From Escherichia coli (lineage in GTDB: Bacteria; Pseudomonadota; Gammaproteobacteria; Enterobacterales; Enterobacteriaceae), in assembly GCF_009931435.1 (NCBI RefSeq), contig NZ_CP043414.1: a stretch of DNA of 64,000 nt; one strand, written 5' to 3'. A program made the translations under genes and the position numbers. Shown in pieces: positions 10,387 to 18,546 of the stretch. The notes under the pieces were generated by a model that saw only the letters and a program-made list of their open reading frames with translations, ran no database searches and was not told where the DNA came from. Positions within the stretch are counted from its first letter, which is position 1, and the number at the start of each line of letters is the position of its first letter.

Positions 10387-10842
10387 ATGGCTAAATCCCG
10401 TTTCACAGATAAGCAAATTGCTGAAATTTTACAGCGGTCAAAAGAGGGGGCATCTAATAAGGAGCTTTGTGAACACTATCAATTTAGCGTTAACACGCTG
10501 CGGCGCTGGCAAGAACAGCACGCTGACGGCATCAGAAGCGAATTAAAAAAAATAGAATCTAAAGCACAGATCGTCTTTCTGCTTTTCATTGCTATCGTCA
10601 TTATACTCACGCTTATATTTGGTAAACCTACAGGTGGATGGGCAATACCGCCTTTATTACTCTATTGTGTTTATTATATCCGCCTGTATCGCAACATCTC
10701 CGCCAGACATATAAAAAAAGAAGACATTTTTCTCTCTCGTTCTGTTAATAACAGCTATAGCGCCCTTTATAATTTGAGCTGGACGTTTATTTGTTTTTTT
10801 ATTTTTGCAGTAATCTATTTTTTTATTCAGGTGTTTTCGTAA
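10387..10842 (+). CDS. Hypothetical protein: N-terminal transposase-like HTH fused to predicted transmembrane segments
   Basis: 151 aa from ATG 10387 with strong SD (ggaggg, 9-nt spacing); residues 1-50 resemble IS3-family OrfA HTH; C-terminal two thirds are AT-rich and hydrophobic. Confidence 0.45.
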   Translation: MAKSRFTDKQIAEILQRSKEGASNKELCEHYQFSVNTLRRWQEQHADGIRSELKKIESKAQIVFLLFIAIVIILTLIFGKPTGGWAIPPLLLYCVYYIRLYRNISARHIKKEDIFLSRSVNNSYSALYNLSWTFICFFIFAVIYFFIQVFS

Positions 10843-10848
10843 CAGACT

Positions 10849-10871
10849 GACCTGAAAGAGTATTTCAGGCC
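10849..10871. terminator. Hairpin between the convergent hypothetical ORF and mgtA
   Basis: Inverted repeat gacctgaaa...tttcaggcc. Confidence 0.4.
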
Positions 10872-10886
10872 AGCTTCATCACTTGC

Positions 10887-13583
10887 TTACTGCCAGCCGT
10901 AACGACGGCTATAGAACCCTTTCACCAACTGGGTTAACGTCATATACCCTGCCAGAATCGCAACCAGCCACGGGAAATAGCTTAACGGCAGCGCCTGCAG
11001 TTGCAGATAACTGGCCAACGGCGAAAACGGCAATGCGATCCCGACTATCATCACAATCACGGTCATGATCATTAACGGCCACGATGCACAGCTCTGAATA
11101 AACGGTACACGACGGGTACGGATCATATGCACAATCAGCGTTTGCGACAGTAATCCCACCACAAACCAGCCCGACTGGAACAGCGTTTGCGTTTCCGGCG
11201 TGTTGGCATGGAATACCCACCACATCAGGCAAAACGTCAGAATATCGAAGATCGAACTGATCGGTCCGAAGAAGATCATAAAGCGCCCCAAATCCGCCGG
11301 ATTCCAACGCTGAGGCTTTTGAATTTGCTCGTCGTCGACGTTATCAAACGGGATCGCCACCTGTGACACATCGTACAGCAGGTTCTGGATCAGTAAGTGT
11401 AAAGGCAGCATCGGCAGGAAGGGCAAGAAAGCACTCGCCACCAGCACGCTGAACACATTACCGAAGTTAGAACTCGCCGTCATTTTTATGTATTTCAGCA
11501 TGTTGGCGAAAGTCCGGCGTCCTTCAATAACCCCCTCCTCCAGCACCATCAGGCTTTTTTCCAGCAGGATGATATCAGCCGCTTCACGGGCAATATCTAC
11601 CGCACCGTCCACAGAAATGCCGATATCCGCAGCGCGTAAGGCGGGCGCATCATTAATACCATCGCCCATAAAGCCAACCACATGCCCTTCGCGCTTTAGC
11701 AAGGTCACGATGCGTTCTTTATGCATCGGCGTCAGGCGAGCAAACAGCGTGGTGCGCTGTGCAAGATTTGCCAGTTCGTCGTCAGATAGCGTTTCAATAT
11801 CACTACCAATGACCACCTCTCCCGCGTCCAGTCCCACTTCATGGCACACTTTCGCCGCCACTAACTCGCTGTCGCCAGTAAGGATTTTCACGGTAATGCC
11901 ACTCGCTTTTAATGCCTTCAGTGCCGGAGCTGTTGTCTCTTTCGGCGGATCAAGGAAAGCAATATATCCTTCGAGGATCAGGTCGGATTCATCCGCCCGC
12001 TGGTAATCCCCTTCACGTGCTGGCAGGTATTTCGTCGCCACCGCAACCACGCGCAGCCCCTGACGATTCAGCGTATCAGTAACGCGCTTAATCTTACGCA
12101 GTATGATGTCATCAAGCGGCACAATCTCACCATTGTGACGCACCTGCGAACACACATTGAGGATTTCCTGCAATGCGCCTTTGCAAACCAGTTGATGATG
12201 TTCGGTATTCTCTGCCACTACCACCGACATCCGGCGACGCTCGAAATCAAACGGAATCTCATCAATTTTTTGCCAACGACTGGCCAGCGAGCGCGCTGAC
12301 TCTTCATCCGTACCTTCGAGCACCGCTGTATCAAGCAGGTTTTTAAGTCCGGTCTGATAATGACTGTTCAACCACGCGCTATGCAGCACGCGTTCGCTGG
12401 TTTTACCGGAGATATCGGTATGATTCTCCAGCACAATTTTATCCTGCGTCAGGGTGCCGGTTTTATCAGTGCACAGAATATCCATAGCGCCAAAGTTCTG
12501 AATGGCATCCAGATGTTTGACGATCACTTTCTGTTTCGACAGCTTTACGGCACCACGCGCCAGCGTCGAAGTGACAATCATCGGCAACATTTCTGGCGTT
12601 AAGCCTACCGCGACCGAAAGTGCGAACAGTGCCGCTTCCCACCAGTCACCTTTGGTGTAACCGTTGATCAGCAACACCACCGGAGCCATCACCAGCATAA
12701 AGCGAATCAGCAGCATACTGACGCGGCTAATCCCTTGCTGAAAGGCATTCGGCTCGCTTTCCTGCTCACTAACACGCCCCGCCAGTTGACCAAACCAGGT
12801 GTTGGCTCCTGTAGCAATCACCATTGCTTGTGCCGTGCCGCTCACCACGGTGGTGCCCATAAAACACAGGGTGTCGCACTCCAGCGGATTGCTGTGCTCC
12901 GGCTGGCGAGTGGTAGCAGCTTTTTCCACGGGCAGAGACTCACCGGTTAACGACGCCTGAGCGACAAACAGATCCCGCGCCTGCAAGATACGTAAATCTG
13001 CCGGGATCATATCCCCCGCCGCCAGTTTTATAATATCGCCGGGCACTAGTTGGTCTATCGGAATTTCCAGCCAGCCATTTTCACCTTTATCGTTAATTAC
13101 GCGCAGTACCGTCGCGGTATTACTGACCATCGCTTTCAGGGCATCTGCCGCTTTGGTGGAACGAGCTTCCTGAATAAAGTTCAGCAACGTAGAAATAGCG
13201 ACCATTAGCGCGATAACACCTGCGGCAAATAAATCTTCCGTGGCGTAAGAAATAGCACCGAGAATGGTGAGCAAAATATTAAAGGGGTTGCGATAGCAGA
13301 CCCATAAATGTACCCACCACGGCGACGGTTGTTGCGCGGGTAATTTATTTTCACCATGTTGTTCGCGGGCAGATTCCACTTCCGCCTGATTTAACCCTTC
13401 CGGATGGGTATTGAACGTTTTCCATAATTCCTGTTCTGGCATCACCGCCATTTTCAGGCAATGCGCACTTAAGGACGGCGGGACCGCCGTATTCACTGTC
13501 TGCTGCGCGCCAGGCAATGGATCGCGATGAACCAGACGGGAAGGTAAATGGCGAATGAGCCGGGTAAAAATTTCTTTAAACAT
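10887..13583 (-). CDS. mgtA: Mg2+-importing P-type ATPase
   Basis: 898 aa, MFKEIFTRLIRHLPSRL..., with DKTGTLT phosphorylation and GDGINDAPAL motifs. Confidence 0.97.
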   Translation of the reverse strand: MFKEIFTRLIRHLPSRLVHRDPLPGAQQTVNTAVPPSLSAHCLKMAVMPEQELWKTFNTHPEGLNQAEVESAREQHGENKLPAQQPSPWWVHLWVCYRNPFNILLTILGAISYATEDLFAAGVIALMVAISTLLNFIQEARSTKAADALKAMVSNTATVLRVINDKGENGWLEIPIDQLVPGDIIKLAAGDMIPADLRILQARDLFVAQASLTGESLPVEKAATTRQPEHSNPLECDTLCFMGTTVVSGTAQAMVIATGANTWFGQLAGRVSEQESEPNAFQQGISRVSMLLIRFMLVMAPVVLLINGYTKGDWWEAALFALSVAVGLTPEMLPMIVTSTLARGAVKLSKQKVIVKHLDAIQNFGAMDILCTDKTGTLTQDKIVLENHTDISGKTSERVLHSAWLNSHYQTGLKNLLDTAVLEGTDEESARSLASRWQKIDEIPFDFERRRMSVVVAENTEHHQLVCKGALQEILNVCSQVRHNGEIVPLDDIILRKIKRVTDTLNRQGLRVVAVATKYLPAREGDYQRADESDLILEGYIAFLDPPKETTAPALKALKASGITVKILTGDSELVAAKVCHEVGLDAGEVVIGSDIETLSDDELANLAQRTTLFARLTPMHKERIVTLLKREGHVVGFMGDGINDAPALRAADIGISVDGAVDIAREAADIILLEKSLMVLEEGVIEGRRTFANMLKYIKMTASSNFGNVFSVLVASAFLPFLPMLPLHLLIQNLLYDVSQVAIPFDNVDDEQIQKPQRWNPADLGRFMIFFGPISSIFDILTFCLMWWVFHANTPETQTLFQSGWFVVGLLSQTLIVHMIRTRRVPFIQSCASWPLMIMTVIVMIVGIALPFSPLASYLQLQALPLSYFPWLVAILAGYMTLTQLVKGFYSRRYGWQ

Positions 13584-13860
13584 AAGGAGTCCCTCCGCAC
13601 TGTCTGAAACAGTGCAGAAATGTCTTCAGGCGTGGCGAAGCCTTACCTGAAGGTAATAAAGCTGAGCTGGGACGTTAAAACGTCACGGCCTTACGCATCC
13701 GGTAACGCCGTGAAAAGACGGGCTTACCGGAAAAGTTTTAATCTCCGTCGAGGGAGAGGCGTGGGATCAGGTTCCATATAACCTCCGGTAAGTGAAAAAA
13801 GCGCCGCAAATAATAAGGAGAATCCAATAATATTCGTGGCATTTATGGCGATATAATACC
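13584..13860 (-). promoter_or_regulatory. mgtA 5' leader (Mg2+/proline-responsive attenuator region containing mgtL)
   Basis: About 280-nt untranslated leader between the PhoP box and the mgtA start, carrying the proline-rich mgtL ORF; known architecture of mgtA. Confidence 0.7.
13724..13777 (-). CDS. mgtL: mgtA leader peptide
   Basis: 17-aa [17 protein letters not shown] within the leader. Confidence 0.85.
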
Positions 13861-13869
13861 TACTGGCAA

Positions 13870-13888
13870 CTAAACCAACGATAAACCA
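13870..13888 (-). promoter_or_regulatory. PhoP box of the mgtA promoter
   Basis: Minus-strand direct repeat GGTTTA-N5-GGTTTA, matching the PhoP consensus (T/G)GTTTA-N5-(T/G)GTTTA. Confidence 0.65.
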
Positions 13889-13959
13889 GACTTTACCCAT
13901 TGCTGAATGCACGGGTAAAGTTAGGCTCAAATAATGAAACGCAATTACGGGACAACAGG

Positions 13960-14907
13960 ATGCAAAATCGGCTGACCATCAAAGACATCGCGCGCTTAAG
14001 CGGCGTGGGGAAATCTACGGTTTCCCGAGTGCTGAATAACGAAAGCGGCGTGAGTCAGCGCACGCGCGAGCGCGTGGAAGCAGTGATGAATCAGCATGGA
14101 TTTTCCCCTTCCCGCTCTGCGCGCGCTATGCGTGGGCAAAGCGATAAAGTGGTCGCCATCATTGTTACCCGTCTGGATTCGTTGTCAGAAAATCTCGCCG
14201 TCCAAACCATGCTGCCAGCGTTCTATGAACAAGGTTACGACCCGATCATGATGGAAAGTCAGTTTTCTCCGCAATTAGTTGCCGAACATTTGGGGGTGCT
14301 GAAACGGCGTAATATCGACGGCGTAGTGCTGTTCGGTTTTACCGGCATAACCGAAGACATGTTAGCCCACTGGCAGTCATCGCTGGTTCTGCTGGCACGT
14401 GACGCGAAAGGCTTTGCTTCGGTCTGTTATGACGACGAAGGGGCAATCAAAATCCTGATGCAACGGCTGTATGATCAGGGACATCGTAATATCAGTTATC
14501 TCGGCGTACCGCACAGTGACGTGACGACCGGTAAGCGACGTCACGAAGCCTACCTGGCGTTCTGCAAAGCGCATAAACTGCATCCCGTCGCCGCCCTGCC
14601 AGGCCTTGCGATGAAGCAAGGCTATGAGAACGTAGCAAAAGTGATTACCCCTGAAACTACCGCGTTACTGTGCGCAACCGACACGCTGGCACTTGGCGCA
14701 AGTAAATACTTGCAAGAGCAACGCATCGACACCTTGCAACTGGCGAGCGTCGGTAATACACCGTTAATGAAATTCCTCCATCCGGAGATCGTCACCGTTG
14801 ACCCAGGTTACGCCGAAGCCGGACGCCAGGCGGCCAGCCAGTTAATTGCGCAGGTAACCGGGCGCAGCGAACCGCAACAAATCATCATCCCTGCCACCCT
14901 ATCCTGA
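13960..14907 (+). CDS. treR: Trehalose operon repressor (LacI family)
   Basis: 315 aa from ATG 13960 (MQNRLTIKDIARLSGVGKSTVSRVLN...). Confidence 0.95.
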   Translation: MQNRLTIKDIARLSGVGKSTVSRVLNNESGVSQRTRERVEAVMNQHGFSPSRSARAMRGQSDKVVAIIVTRLDSLSENLAVQTMLPAFYEQGYDPIMMESQFSPQLVAEHLGVLKRRNIDGVVLFGFTGITEDMLAHWQSSLVLLARDAKGFASVCYDDEGAIKILMQRLYDQGHRNISYLGVPHSDVTTGKRRHEAYLAFCKAHKLHPVAALPGLAMKQGYENVAKVITPETTALLCATDTLALGASKYLQEQRIDTLQLASVGNTPLMKFLHPEIVTVDPGYAEAGRQAASQLIAQVTGRSEPQQIIIPATLS

Positions 14908-14946
14908 TCGTTTCCTGAACGATAAATTGTGATCTTCGCTGCGTTT

Positions 14947-14960
14947 CGGGAACGTTCCCG
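14947..14960. promoter_or_regulatory. Perfect palindrome, candidate TreR operator and treR terminator stem
   Basis: cgggaacgttcccg followed by a T-run, upstream of treB. Confidence 0.55.
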
Positions 14961-15026
14961 TTTTTTAAATTTTTCCGCGCACTATATTCTGCAGCCAACC
15001 AAAAATGTCATCTGCCATGGGGCTTT

Positions 15027-16448
15027 ATGATGAGCAAAATAAACCAAACGGATCTCGATCGGCTGATTGAACTGGTCGGCGGGCGCGGCAATATTGCGAC
15101 GGTGAGCCACTGTATTACTCGTCTGCGCTTTGTCCTCAACCAACCGGCCAATGCCAGACCGAAAGAAATTGAGCAACTCCCCATGGTGAAAGGCTGTTTC
15201 ACCAATGCCGGGCAATTTCAGGTGGTAATTGGCACCAACGTGGGTGATTACTATCAAGCGTTGATAGCGACGACCGGACAGGCGCAGGTTGATAAAGAGC
15301 AGGTGAAAAAAGCTGCCCGGCAGAATATGAAATGGCATGAGCAGTTGATCTCTCATTTCGCGGAGATCTTCTTCCCGCTGCTGCCCGCGTTGATTAGTGG
15401 TGGTTTGATCCTCGGTTTTCGCAATGTGATCGGCGATTTGCCCATGAGCAACGGTCAAACGCTGGCGCAAATGTACCCTTCCCTGCAAACGATCTACGAT
15501 TTTCTATGGTTGATCGGTGAAGCGATCTTCTTCTACCTGCCGGTCGGAATTTGCTGGTCAGCGGTGAAAAAAATGGGCGGCACGCCGATCCTCGGTATCG
15601 TGCTTGGCGTGACGCTGGTTTCCCCACAGTTGATGAACGCTTATCTGCTCGGGCAGCAGCTACCGGAAGTATGGAACTTTGGCATGTTCAGCATCGCCAA
15701 AGTGGGCTATCAGGCACAAGTTATTCCGGCACTGTTAGCCGGGCTGGCTCTGGGCGTTATAGAAACTCGCCTTAAGCGTATCGTGCCGGATTACCTCTAT
15801 CTGGTGGTGGTGCCGGTCTGTTCGCTGATCCTCGCGGTGTTCCTCGCCCATGCGCTGATTGGTCCGTTTGGTCGCATGATTGGCGATGGCGTTGCCTTTG
15901 CGGTGCGTCACCTGATGACCGGCAGCTTTGCCCCCATTGGTGCGGCATTGTTTGGCTTCCTTTACGCACCGCTGGTGATCACCGGCGTACACCAGACCAC
16001 GCTTGCTATAGATTTGCAGATGATTCAAAGCATGGGTGGCACGCCAGTGTGGCCGCTTATTGCGCTGTCGAATATCGCTCAGGGCTCCGCCGTGATAGGC
16101 ATTATCATTTCCAGCCGCAAGAACAATGAACGCGAGATCTCCGTGCCTGCCGCTATCTCCGCCTGGCTTGGGGTCACTGAGCCTGCAATGTACGGCATCA
16201 ACCTGAAATATCGCTTCCCGATGCTGTGCGCGATGATTGGTTCTGGTCTGGCAGGATTACTATGCGGTCTGAACGGCGTTATGGCGAATGGCATCGGCGT
16301 AGGCGGCCTGCCGGGAATTCTCTCTATTCAACCGAGCTACTGGCAAGTGTTTGCGCTGGCAATGGCTATCGCCATCATCATCCCGATTGTACTCACCTCA
16401 TTTATCTACCAGCGGAAATACCGCCTGGGTACGCTGGACATTGTTTAA
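15027..16448 (+). CDS. treB: PTS trehalose-specific EIIBC component
   Basis: 473 aa, MMSKINQTDLDRLIELVGGRGNIATVSHCITRLRF... (EIIB cysteine motif). Confidence 0.97.
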   Translation: MMSKINQTDLDRLIELVGGRGNIATVSHCITRLRFVLNQPANARPKEIEQLPMVKGCFTNAGQFQVVIGTNVGDYYQALIATTGQAQVDKEQVKKAARQNMKWHEQLISHFAEIFFPLLPALISGGLILGFRNVIGDLPMSNGQTLAQMYPSLQTIYDFLWLIGEAIFFYLPVGICWSAVKKMGGTPILGIVLGVTLVSPQLMNAYLLGQQLPEVWNFGMFSIAKVGYQAQVIPALLAGLALGVIETRLKRIVPDYLYLVVVPVCSLILAVFLAHALIGPFGRMIGDGVAFAVRHLMTGSFAPIGAALFGFLYAPLVITGVHQTTLAIDLQMIQSMGGTPVWPLIALSNIAQGSAVIGIIISSRKNNEREISVPAAISAWLGVTEPAMYGINLKYRFPMLCAMIGSGLAGLLCGLNGVMANGIGVGGLPGILSIQPSYWQVFALAMAIAIIIPIVLTSFIYQRKYRLGTLDIV

Positions 16449-16497
16449 TTTTCTTCGGGGCGCAATTGCGCCCCCTCGCATTTGCAGGAATAACGTA

Positions 16498-18153
16498 ATG
16501 ACGAATCTTCCCCACTGGTGGCAAAACGGCGTTATCTACCAGATTTATCCCAAGAGTTTTCAGGACACCACGGGTAGCGGCACCGGTGATTTAGGTGGCG
16601 TTATCCAACGCCTGGACTATCTGCATAAACTGGGCGTCGATGCTATCTGGCTAACCCCCTTTTATGTCTCTCCCCAGGTCGATAACGGATACGACGTAGC
16701 GAACTATACGGCGATAGATCCCACTTACGGTACGCTGGACGATTTTGACGAAATGGTGACGCAGGCGAAATCACGCGGCATTCGTATCATTCTCGATATG
16801 GTGTTTAACCATACCTCTACCCAACATGCCTGGTTTCGCGAGGCGCTGAGCAAAGAAAGCCCTTACCGCCAGTTTTATATCTGGCGCGATGGTGAACCAG
16901 AAACGCCACCGAATAACTGGCGTTCAAAATTTGGCGGTAGTGCGTGGCGCTGGCATGCAGAAAGCGAACAGTACTATTTGCATCTCTTTGCACCAGAACA
17001 GGCGGATCTCAACTGGGAGAATCCGGCGGTACGCGCAGAACTGAAAAAAGTCTGTGAGTTCTGGGCCGATCGCGGGGTCGACGGGTTACGCCTGGATGTA
17101 GTGAATTTGATCTCTAAAGATCCGCGTTTTCCTAATGACCTGGATGGCGACGGGCGTCGCTTCTACACCGACGGGCCACGAGCACACGAGTTTTTGCACG
17201 AGATGAACCGCGATGTGTTTACGCCTCGCGGTTTAATGACCGTGGGTGAAATGTCCTCCACCAGCCTTGAGCATTGCCAGCGATACGCGGCACTAACAGG
17301 CAGTGAATTGTCGATGACCTTTAATTTTCATCACCTGAAGGTCGATTATCCCGGTGGTGAAAAATGGACGCTGGCTAAACCTGACTTTGTGGCGTTGAAA
17401 GCATTGTTCCGCCACTGGCAACAAGGAATGCACAACGTGGCATGGAATGCCTTGTTCTGGTGTAACCACGATCAGCCGCGCATTGTTTCTCGTTTTGGTG
17501 ATGAAGGGGACTACCGCGAACCTGCGGCAAAAATGCTGGCGATGGTGCTGCATGGCATGCAGGGAACGCCATATATCTATCAGGGCGAAGAGATTGGCAT
17601 GACCAATCCACATTTCACGCGCATTACTGACTATCGCGACGTGGAGAGCCTCAATATGTTTGCCGAACTGCGCAACGATGGGCGTGACGCCGAGGAGTTA
17701 TTGGCAATCCTCGCCAGTAAATCCCGTGACAATAGTCGCACGCCAATGCAATGGAGCAACGGCGATAATGCCGGGTTTACAACGGGTGAACCGTGGATTG
17801 GCCTGGGCGATAACTATCAAGAAATCAACGTAGAAGCTGCGCTGGCCGATGAGTCCTCGGTGTTTTATACCTACCAAAAGTTAATCGCACTGCGTAAGCA
17901 AGAAGCCGTCCTGACATGGGGCAATTACCAGGATCTGCTGCCAGACAGCCCTGTATTGTGGTGCTATCGCCGTGAATGGAAGGGGCAAACCTTGCTGGTC
18001 ATTGCCAACCTTAGCCGTGAGATCCAACCCTGGCAGCCAGGGCAAATGCGAGGAAACTGGCAGCTTGTGATGCATAACTACGAAGAAGCCTCAGCACAAC
18101 CCTGTGCCATGACTTTACGGCCTTTTGAGGCCGTCTGGTGGTTACAGAAGTAA
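16498..18153 (+). CDS. treC: Trehalose-6-phosphate hydrolase
   Basis: 551 aa from ATG 16498 (MTNLPHWWQNGVIYQIYPKSF...), GH13 family; the track ORF is extended upstream into treB. Confidence 0.97.
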   Translation: MTNLPHWWQNGVIYQIYPKSFQDTTGSGTGDLGGVIQRLDYLHKLGVDAIWLTPFYVSPQVDNGYDVANYTAIDPTYGTLDDFDEMVTQAKSRGIRIILDMVFNHTSTQHAWFREALSKESPYRQFYIWRDGEPETPPNNWRSKFGGSAWRWHAESEQYYLHLFAPEQADLNWENPAVRAELKKVCEFWADRGVDGLRLDVVNLISKDPRFPNDLDGDGRRFYTDGPRAHEFLHEMNRDVFTPRGLMTVGEMSSTSLEHCQRYAALTGSELSMTFNFHHLKVDYPGGEKWTLAKPDFVALKALFRHWQQGMHNVAWNALFWCNHDQPRIVSRFGDEGDYREPAAKMLAMVLHGMQGTPYIYQGEEIGMTNPHFTRITDYRDVESLNMFAELRNDGRDAEELLAILASKSRDNSRTPMQWSNGDNAGFTTGEPWIGLGDNYQEINVEAALADESSVFYTYQKLIALRKQEAVLTWGNYQDLLPDSPVLWCYRREWKGQTLLVIANLSREIQPWQPGQMRGNWQLVMHNYEEASAQPCAMTLRPFEAVWWLQK

Positions 18154-18164
18154 GTATCCGCTAA

Positions 18165-18196
18165 GCCCCGGTAATACTGGTCATTCCGGGGTTTTG
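18165..18196 (+). terminator. treBC intrinsic terminator
   Basis: Hairpin ccccgg...ccgggg followed by tttt. Confidence 0.7.
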
Positions 18197-18337
18197 CCTT
18201 TCAGTATGTTGTTTTTGTTGATTTTATAATCAACAAATTCATTAAAAAATTTACATAACGCTGTAGCGCCCGTCATCCGTACGCTCTGCTTTTTACTTTG
18301 AGCTACATCAAAAAAAGTTCAAACATCCTTGATGCAA

Positions 18338-18385
18338 AGCACTATATATAGACTTTAAAATGCGTCCCGACCCAATATGTTGTAT
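18338..18385. promoter_or_regulatory. Two candidate NrdR boxes in the nrdDG promoter
   Basis: gcactatatatagac and cccaatatgttgtatt resemble the NrdR box consensus (acaCwAtATaTwGtgt) in tandem. Confidence 0.5.
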
Positions 18386-18546
18386 TAATCGACTATAATT
18401 GCTACTACAGCTCCCCACGAAAAAGGTGCGGCGTTGTGGATAAGCGGATGGCGATTGCGGAAAGCACCGGAAAACGAAACGAAAAAACCGGAAAACGCCT
18501 TTCCCAATTTCTGTGGATAACCTGTTCTTAAAAATATGGAGCGATC

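Noticed and set aside
10387-10540. Possible insertion sequence at the transposase-like HTH
   Set aside because: No transposase catalytic domain, no terminal inverted repeats and no target-site duplication are visible; kept as a chimeric ORF finding rather than a mobile element.
11488-12006. 172-aa plus-strand ORF
   Set aside because: Antisense within mgtA; serine/arginine-rich shadow frame.
18225-18240. Possible FNR site ttgattttataatcaa upstream of nrdD
   Set aside because: The half-sites are separated by 6 nt rather than the canonical 4 (TTGAT-N4-ATCAA), so I cannot support it as an FNR box from sequence alone, although nrdDG is known to be FNR-activated.
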